Positions 54,512-64,000 of a stretch of DNA of 64,000 nucleotides are shown here, piece by piece. How positions within the stretch are numbered: the first letter of the stretch is position 1; every line of letters begins with the position of its first letter. The position numbers and the translations under genes were made by a program. Location of the stretch: the NCBI RefSeq assembly GCF_006345805.1, contig NC_042997.1:1798001-1862000 (forward strand). The letters run 5' to 3'. Below the pieces are notes generated by a model. That model saw only the letters and a program-made list of their open reading frames with translations. It did no database searches and was not told the DNA's origin. Source of the DNA: Octopus sinensis (Eukaryota).

Positions 54512-54597
54512 TATTGTTGTTGTTGTTGTTGTTGTTGTTGTCGTTGTCGTTGTTGTTGCTGTTGTTGTTGTTGTTATTATTATTATTATTATTATTA

Positions 54598-54664
<67 letters not shown>

Positions 54665-55086
54665 GAGTGAGAGAGCAGTGCATGCCATCAAAAATAAACA
54701 GCACACAACATTGCAGCTAGGGCCCAGTTAGAGTTTTCTTCTAGTCGAGTAGCCCATCCCGCTCAAAAGGTCCCTGAATAAAGGTTGTTTATGGACGTTG
54801 AACGAAACACCCATGTTTCTTGAGGAGAATTACTCAAAGCCCAAAGAATTACTCTCATCACGTTTCCATGATGTTCCCCCACTTCTGGTCGTGATCAGAG
54901 ATGCACATATCGTCAGCCACTAAGGGACATGCACAAATGTTTAAGCTCAAACAACTGACAAGCAAATCTGTGGTACTGAGCAGAATATTTGCTGTATCCC
55001 ATCTTTTATACCAAGACAAAACAATGTACACGATAACAATTCCAATCAGTTAAGTTCAGAAGTCATGAGAGCTACAGCCTGAAGGG

Positions 55087-55087
<1 letters not shown>
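54665..55087 (-). mobile_element. Non-coding AAT-tailed element embedded in (ATT)n
   Basis: (ATT)n on both sides; minus strand reads aataat|gcccttcaggctgtagctctc...ctctctcactc|aataat. Confidence 0.78.
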
Positions 55088-55127
<40 letters not shown>

Positions 55128-55131
55128 GTAT

Positions 55132-55169
<38 letters not shown>

Positions 55170-55215
55170 TAGTAGTAGTAATATGAGTAGTAGTATTAGT
55201 AGTAGTAGTAGCAGT

Positions 55216-55297
<82 letters not shown>

Positions 55298-55599
55298 TCA
55301 GTATTAAATAGGCACGGTGTAACGTGTTGAATATTTTCAAAAATAGATGATTTAGAATAAGTCCGGCTGATGAGCATTAAGTATATTGATACAATAAGTG
55401 AAATCAGTTGTTACCGGTAGTCTGTAATTCTTGCTTTTACAGAAGCAGTTCACACCAGGTAAGTCTATTTCTGTTGCAACTATCGGGTGTATTTTAATAG
55501 TTACAAATTTGTGGTTTTGGAATGTTAGCTCCTATTTCTAGCAAATGGTATTCTGATACCCTACGTAATTCATATATACATACATACATATATACATAT

Positions 55600-55711
<112 letters not shown>

Positions 55712-55913
55712 CAATAATAATTTTCTAAAAGAGATATAGACAGTAACTGCTCGATAACATAAGGGACTAAAGCCATCTGAATATGGCTAGGGACAGGGCA
55801 GGGTGGTGGGGGTGTTACTGTTGCATTTAGCCCCAGGCGAACATCGACGTCGCCAGATAGGCCCGACACCATCACGGTGTCCTTTAACCTGCAAAGGGAG
55901 ATAATTCCCCGAT

Positions 55914-55987
55914 GAAGCGGAAACCACACACGGACCATGGTTTCAAGGTGTATTGCCTATCGTCAACGTGTGGTAGGCCTCCGCTTC
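55914..55987 (-). ncRNA. Type I hammerhead, atypical U3 core
   Basis: Reverse-complement copy of 56335-56408 with a fully Watson-Crick stem I (CACACG/CGUGUG). Confidence 0.65.
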
Positions 55988-56334
55988 CTCGACGAAATCT
56001 CACTCTGCAGGATATTCATATATAGATTTTCAAGCAAAATACATTTGCAGATTTCGAAAATCTGTTCGACAGCAATAATAATTCTCTAATGGTGTCGGGC
56101 CTATCTGGCGACGTCGATGTTCGCCTGGGGCTAAATGCAACAGTAACACCCCCACCACCCTGCCCTGTCCCTAGCCATATTCAGATGGCTTTAGTCCCTT
56201 ATGTTATCGAGCAGTTACTGTCTATATCTCTTTTAGAGAATTATTATTGCTGTCGAACAGATTTTCGAAATCAGCAAATGTATTTTGCTTGAAAATCTAT
56301 ATATGAATATCCTGCAGAGTGAGATTTCGTCGAG

Positions 56335-56408
56335 GAAGCGGAGGCCTACCACATGTTGACGATAGGCAATACACCTTGAAACCATGGTCCGTGTGTGGTT
56401 TCCGCTTC
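56335..56408 (+). ncRNA. Type I hammerhead, atypical U3 core
   Basis: CACAUG-UUGACGA-U-AGG(CAAUACA)CCU-U-GAAA-C(CAUG)G-UC-CGUGUG: GUC triplet, palindromic loop III, 6-bp stem I, distal helix GAAGCGGA/UCCGCUUC. Confidence 0.65.
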
Positions 56409-56564
56409 ATCCGGGAATTATCTCCCTTTGCAGGTTAAAGGACACCGTGATGGTGTCGGGCCTATCTGGCGACGTCGATGTTCGCCTGGGGCTAAATGCA
56501 ACAGTAACACCCCCACCACCCTGCCCTGTCCCTAGCCATATTCAGATGGCTTTAGTCCCTTATG

Positions 56565-56602
<38 letters not shown>

Positions 56603-56728
56603 TATATAGAGGGCATTATTACACATATATGCCACACGCTAGGAGGGACTTTCAAAGTCATTACTACCAAAAATAAACGAATCGTACCGAATGCAGCTCT
56701 CAAAACAAGACATTTAAAAACGGAATTT

Positions 56729-56794
56729 AGTTCCAGATCACCTGTGATTTCGCAATTAACGTATTATCTACGTCTTTTGTTCATCAGTGAAACT
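56729..56794 (-). ncRNA. Type I hammerhead ribozyme
   Basis: AGUUUCA-CUGAUGA-long stem II (GACGUA/UACGUU)-GAAA-UCA(CAGG)UGA-UC-UGGAACU: 7-bp stem I, AUC triplet, A-C mismatch at the base of stem II. Confidence 0.8.
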
Positions 56795-57213
56795 GATTTA
56801 AAACGTATTAAGAATAAACAAAACCAACATACCCGGCGGAACCAAACAGACAACAGTCGCCTCCATCGTAGCACATGGAAATATTCACTCGTAATATATT
56901 TATGTAAATGGCGGGCTTTTTCGAACTGCATTTCGGTAGGAAACGTGTTTCTTCGGAACAAGTTTAACAATTAAGGATAAAATCTTAATAAGAAATCTTA
57001 ACAAGAAATTATCTGGTAGTTAGCGTGAAAAACCTCATCAGAGAAAACATCTGAAACTTTTTTTCACATGAAAAAATTTATTTATATTATATAGAGGGCA
57101 TTATTACGCATAAATGCCACACGCTAGGAGGGACTTTCAAAGTCATTACTACCAAAAATAAACGAATCGTACCGAATGCTGCTCTCGAAGCAAGACATTT
57201 AACAACGCAATTT

Positions 57214-57279
57214 AGTTCCAGATCGCCTGTAATTTCACAATTAACGTATTATCTACGTCTTTTTTTCATCAGTGAAACT
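57214..57279 (-). ncRNA. Type I hammerhead ribozyme, second copy
   Basis: Same core as 56729-56794, with weakened stems II and III. Confidence 0.7.
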
Positions 57280-57554
57280 GATTCAAAACGTATTAAGAAT
57301 AAACAAAACCAACATACCCGGCGGAACCAAACAGACAACCGTCGCCTCCATCGTAGCACATGGAAATGTTCACTTGTAATATATTTATGTAAATGGCGGG
57401 CTTTTTCGAACTGCATTTCGGTGAGAAACGCATTTATATACACATAAATAAATTTCTATACACAAATACATATTTATATTCACATAAATACAATTTATAT
57501 ACACATAAATACATACATATATATATAAATATATATATATATATTTATATATGT

Positions 57555-57592
<38 letters not shown>

Positions 57593-58059
57593 CATAATAA
57601 ATGCAAATAGTCAACGACAGCTAGTTTGTTTACATGTGACATATAATATATATATTTATATATATATATATATATTAATATATTAAATTTGACTATTACT
57701 CAAAAATCTCTGGCGGGCATATCTATGTCTCCTTTTGAGGTCCCCAAGACTTTAAGTCGCGTGGAGCCGAATGAAACTGTTTAAATAACACATGTACCTC
57801 CTATTCAATTGGTTGAATGACTTTATATCAATATATATGTGTGTGTGTGTGTGTGAGTGTGTGCGTGTGTGTGTGTGTGTGCCTGTGTGTATCTGTGTGT
57901 GTATGTGTGTGTATGTGTGCATGTATGTATATATGTCTTTGGCTCTGCATTCAAGTTCAAACGCGATGCGATTTCTGAGTGTCCTTGTGTATGTAGATAC
58001 CTGAATCAAGCCACTTTGATGTCTGTGTTTGACAGTCTAGAATAATTTTTCAAAGTTTA

Positions 58060-58700
58060 TTTCCAGCATTCTTCCAACAGCAATAGTAATTTAATGTGGC
58101 ACTTGCTGTTTAAATTGCTTCCTTCTTTTGAATGATATTAACCAAGCATTTGTATCGTTATAAATACTTTTTCATCTGTTGTGGGGAATAAGACATCTGT
58201 ATTAAATTCCTCTTATATATGTTGTTATAAACACAGCAGGAATTGCTATCGCCTTTACGCTGTTTTATAAATTCACCGCAAAGCAACTGTTTTGATATTC
58301 TGTTGTTTCTCGTAAGTCTAACATGTCAGAGAGACCGTACATATAACTTCCACAAAATTATCTATCAATAAACTTGGCAAATGCAACGGCTGAAACATTT
58401 TGATGCTAATTTTGATGTCATACCATGAGATATTTAGTATTGTAACGACTCAATGTAAACGAGAAAGAAAAACCAAATTTCTTGGTTCATCAGAAAGACC
58501 AACATGACTACAACCAATGCATCAATGTCCGGAGCCCGTTGACCATTGTATTTTATATTTTATTTCTCATTCCCCGTTGTAAATTGCCTTACTGTTCAGC
58601 TATTCTTTAGCATGATATTGATTGCTTCACCTGATGATACCAATGAAGACATCGTAATGAAGACATCGTAATGCTATCCAGTTCTATGATTTCTGGGTTT
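58060..58700 (+). mobile_element. Highly decayed PLE 3' relic
   Basis: Faint YKFT and KP..L.VHQKD motifs, CUGAUGA at about 58632, and a short tandem duplication of atgaagacatcgta. Confidence 0.3.
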
Positions 58701-58789
58701 GCCACTTCTGTTCTAGCATGATATTATTTTGGTAATTTAGTTATCCTGAAACTATAATGCAACATTATATAAATAATAATTTCATACAT

Positions 58790-59200
58790 ATAGGCGCCAG
58801 CGTTGCTGTGTCGTAAGCAGCTTTCTTCCCAACCACATGGTTCTGTGTTCAGTCACACTGCGTGGCACATTTGACCAGTGTCTTCTAGATTTGCCTCGGG
58901 TCGACCAAAGCCATATTAGTCGATTTGGTAGATGGAAACTGAAAGAAGTCCATCGTGTATATATATATATATATATATATATATTTCTGTGTGTGTGTCT
59001 GTGTCCCTCCACCATCGCTTGAAAACCGATGTTGATGTGTTTATGGTCCCGTAATATAGCGGTTCGGCAAAAGAGAACGATAGAATAAGTACTACGCTTA
59101 CAAAGAATAAATCCTGGGGTAGATTTGTTCGACTAAAGGCGGTGATCCAGGAGGGCCGTAGTAATATTTCTGAAATAAGTAAAAGAATAAAAAGAAAGAA
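58790..59200 (+). mobile_element. Full-length tRNA-derived SINE with internal (TA)n(TG)n
   Basis: Head, internal microsatellite and 3' end gtaaaagaataaaaag, collinear with 51885-52365. Confidence 0.82.
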
Positions 59201-59429
59201 TGCAAGCACGCGCATTCACAGGAATATCTATAAATACACACACGAACACAGAAACACACACACGCACACACGCACGCACATAGGAGACCAAACGTGTACG
59301 TACGTCGCTATATGTATATATGAAATAAAAAGAAAAACAACAAATGGAACAATAATGTGACAGGCAACACCAAAATATCCGGATAGTTAGTCCACACAAG
59401 AAAGACAGGAATAAACAAGGATGCATAAA

Positions 59430-59850
<421 letters not shown>

Positions 59851-60461
59851 TACATATATGCACATTTATCTTACTATGTATATATTTATACAGTAATAAT
59901 TTTAATAACCGGTATTGGGGTGTTCCGTTACCCTAAAATGACTGGTGGAATAAGTATCAGTCTTTGAAACAAATTATTTGGGTCGATTCATTTCACTAAA
60001 ATACTTGAAGTTGTGTCTCAGCATGGACACGGTGTAATGAATAAAACGTGTAAACGATAAAAGTTATATATATATAGGAGGGTGTTTGTATGTGTGTGTG
60101 TGTGTGTGTTTGTTTGTGTGTGTGTGTGTGTGTCCTTGTGAAATGGTTAAGAGGTTCGCTTCGGAAAGGATGTAGTAACGAGTGAAATCCTCTGCGTGGT
60201 ATTTTTGAAGGTTGGAGATGTAATTCAAATGTAGAGACCTGCTTCATTTTGGGCCACACTGGGTCTGTCTGAGAAATACCTTTAGGTACCTGTTTTCCTC
60301 GTTGTTTAATATCTCCATCATTTATAATTATTTTATAGAATACATATTTCCTGGCATTGCATAAGATAGATAAATACATAGATAGAGAAAAAAAATATGT
60401 AGATAAATACATACATATATATATATATATATATAAAAAGAGAGAGAGAGAGAGAGAGAAG

Positions 60462-60507
<46 letters not shown>

Positions 60508-61669
60508 AAATAGATACTGAAAGCAAATTTCATTGCGGCCTTATTTGAACTTTTAGTGCATTAATCCGGTAAGAATATGCAAAACATTCCCATTCGTTAC
60601 CTTAAAGAATGTTCCAGTTCAGCACTTTTGGGTTTGGGTATGTAAATCTGAATGCCTATAATTCTAAGTGCTGGGAAGTTGCAATAATCTACATAATGAT
60701 CATAAATAAACAGAATTTTTGTATTTATCTTTACTACAACTTTTGCTGGCACCTAATTTTAAATATGTATTATAATGCTTATCTTTAAGGCTGTAGTGGT
60801 CATGAAGAAACGTCGTATAAAGAAATAATATAAATGGCTTCTGCTGTTCGTACCAACAAATCTAATACAATTATATTTGATGATATAACCAGATTTGATA
60901 TAATGAGAGTGTTAGCTTCCATCTTGATAACAAAATTAACAAGCGTATCAGATACCACTAATTTCAAGAATACTGTTATTGGCGTATACTTGTATGGTAT
61001 ATCAGCTGCATTACTAATTTCAATAATACGTTATTACATGTCCATCTTATCGCGGAGACATTAGACTACAATTCGTCTGCACGAAAATAGCATATAACTT
61101 ATTTCCGTATTGGATTATACGAAACGAAGAAATTGTGTTCCATATCTCGGAGGTTCCATTAATATTTATGTATTACAGCGAAGAACATATCCCGGATTTG
61201 TAAGAGTCTTTCATATGAGATGTGATTTCTTAATTTGTCAAAAGTAGAGATATATAATTGTTGATGAGAAAATATTTTACACATGATTAATTATTCCTAG
61301 TTAACAAGAAACCTTTTCTCGAGGATTATTTCATAGGGATACTCGGCCATTTTTTTGTTTTACGCTTGCGATTTAGTAATAATTACAGAAACAGCATTGA
61401 TTTTCTATAGGCAAAATAAAATTGAACAATGTTTTGCATCACGGAACGTACGACTCACTATCGAAATATGGGACTGTGCCGTAACGAATACAATACCATC
61501 CAAACATTAGTAATACTTATTTGGGAATACCATCTGTGATTCAATGAAACTGGCATGATACATACATACATACATACATACTCATACACGCACATACTAA
61601 CTTACATATATGTATCAATGCACGCATGCATGATTGCATTCATGCATACATACGCACACACAAACACAC

Positions 61670-63545
61670 ACACTCCTCACACAGGCTGAATTGGTTGCCC
61701 TTCGCCACCTCTGTCGCCGCAATGACATTGTCATCAAACCGGCGGACAAATGCGGAGCAGTGGTGGTGTGGCGCGCGGATCTCTAAAGGGAGGAAGCGCT
61801 CAGCCAGCTTCAAAATCCCCTCTTCTATCGCCTCCTCCCCTCTGATCCCACCTCTTCCTACCAACAGCGAGTGTCCTCCACTATCCGCGAACTCATATCC
61901 TCTTCTGCTCTCCCCCCACCGCCACCAACCTCATCGTCCGCACACCCCGCACCTCCACCATCTATTTCCTTCCCAAAATTCATAAGCCCAATACATCTGG
62001 CCGCCCCATCGTTTCCGCCTGTAATTGCCCTACTGAACACATTTCCCTATACCTCGACGGCATCATGTCCCCTTTAGTCAAAGCCCTACCTTCCCACATA
62101 CATGATACCAACCACGCCCTCCGTCTCGTCAATTCCTTTTCCTTCCCTTCCAGCCCCTCACACCTCCTCTTCACCCTTGACATCAAATCACTGTATACGG
62201 TAATTCCCCACAACGACGGTCTCCTAGCTCTCCAACACTTCTCTCGACCGTCGTCCCGACCCTACCCCTAGCACCCCACCCTCCTCCGCCTGGCAGAGCT
62301 CGTCCTAACCCTCAACTGTTTCACGTTCGCCGGGGAAACGTACCAACAGCTGTCCGGGGTCGCGATGGGAACGAGAATTGGCCCCAATGTTGCCAATCTC
62401 TTTGTTGGCTACATTGAGATCCAAGTATTCTCTCAATTCTCCGGGCCGACCCCAGAACTATACGGTCGTTACATAGACGACTGTATAGGCGCCACCTCCC
62501 TTTCCCGCGAACAACTCTGCCACTTCATCTCTTTCCTCTCTAACTTCCACCCCTCTCTACAATTCACTTCCACCATATCCAATACTTCCGTTAACTTCCT
62601 TGATATCTCACTCAGCATCGACCAACCCTCCCACTCTCTCACCAACTCCGCCTTCTTCAAACCCACGGATTCCCACCTCTATCTCAATTTCTCCTCCTCC
62701 CATCCCTTCCACACCAAACGGGCTATCCCCTACTCCCAGTTCCTCCGGACGCTTGTGCAGCCGCGACCAGGATTTCGAGACCCAGTCTCAATACCTGGCC
62801 CGCCTGTTCAAGCTTCGAGGATACCCACCTACCCTGGTCTTGAACGCCCTCGCCCGCGCCCGTCGCATCGACCGCACCAACGCCCTTTCTCCTTCCGATC
62901 ACCCACCCCCAACCGCATCCCCTTTCCCCTCCTTTTCCACCCCTCTAATCTACCCCTTCGTCGGAAGATACTTCGTGCCTTCCGTCGTCTCCAGCTCGAT
63001 TCCACGACCCACCCATTTTCCCCAACCCACCCATTTTCCCCAACCCACCCCTGTCCTCCTTCAAACGAGCCCGGAATCTACGCGACCTCCTGGTCCGTAG
63101 CACCCTTCCTTCTTCCCCCTCGGCCCCACTCGGATCCTTCCCATGCTCCAGATCCCGCTGCAACACCTGCCCCTTCATCACCAACACCACTGCTCTCACC
63201 GGTTCCAACCGGCGAACTGTACGTATCAGGTATTCCTTTACGTGCACCTCGTCTGGGCTCATATACTGCACTAAATACAACCGCTGCAGGATGCTGTATA
63301 GAGGACAGACGGGACGCCGGTTGTCAGACCGATTCGCCGAGCATCTGCGGGATGTTCGTCTACTTTCCAATTCTCTCGTCGCACGGCACTTCCTCTCGGC
63401 CAGCCATTCCCCCGATGACATCTCGGTGTTTGGTCTTTCCCCACACAACGGCTCTCCACAATCTAGGCTTCACTTGGAGCAATGGTTCATATTCCTTCTA
63501 CGGACTCTAACCCCACACGGACTCAAAACAGCCCCTTCCGCTTAG
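61670..63545 (+). mobile_element. Penelope-like element RT + GIY-YIG, frameshifted
   Basis: IVIKPADKCGAVVVW, FLPKIHKP..GRPIVS, TLDIKSLYT, GVAMG, YGRYIDD, VNFLDI, SSSHP, CSRSRCNTC, LIYCT..MLYRGQTGRRLSDRFAEH, VARHF. 18-bp in-frame duplication at about 63007-63042. Confidence 0.93.
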
Positions 63546-64000
63546 TGACTGCGCTCCACTTCTCCCCACGCATCTTTTATTTTTTATTTTTTATTTTTTG
63601 TTTATTAATTATTATTTATTTTTAATTTTTTTTAATTTTTATAATTGTCCTTATGCAGTCACACACACACATACTCACGTACCCACGAACACATCTACTC
63701 CCAACACACCACACACACACAACATACATGCACATGTACGCACACATACTTCCACACCCATACACCCCCCACCGCACACACACGCATGCCCGTGCACACA
63801 CCACCAGGGACAATACTCATACAGATACGCACCACCCTATAAACACCTAGCTGGACGCCACAGATACACGCACGTAAGCGCCACACCGCACATGTGTACC
63901 TTACGCCCACACAACTCCACCCCCCACACGTATATAACATCACACAACATATACATACGTACACACACATAATACATACATACATACACGCACACGCACC

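Larger units (their letters stand above)
56597..57432 (-). mobile_element. Retrozyme-like / PLE-derived 485-bp monomer, about 1.7 tandem copies
   Basis: gagggcattatt at 56609 and 57094; copies differ by scattered substitutions; no RT or endonuclease coding; flanked by (TA)n. Confidence 0.78.

Noticed and set aside
60834-61064. Class A GPCR (SVSD..ISIIRYY)
   Set aside because: Spacing between the TM2-like D and the DRY-like R is about 26 aa, roughly half of what is expected.

Overview
AT-rich, repeat-saturated eukaryotic DNA with no recognisable host gene. The SINE families and microsatellite density resemble Octopus/cephalopod genomes (recalled resemblance, not a database result). Contents: a head-to-tail cluster of four R4/Dong-type RLE retrotransposons (3.2-11 kb), one near-intact apart from two single-base deletions; Penelope-like elements (PLEs) and PLE terminal repeats carrying hammerhead ribozymes (HHRs); relics of mariner, Tc1, Helitron, CR1, RTE and L1/Tx1; many tRNA-derived SINEs; and dense microsatellites, which explain most of the ORF track. 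The most unusual signal is at 55.7-57.4 kb: two unrelated, non-coding, retrozyme-like tandem monomers of 361 bp and 485 bp, each containing a type I hammerhead. The 361-bp unit forms an inverted partial tandem and has an atypical UUGACGA core. All folds and alignments were done by eye.
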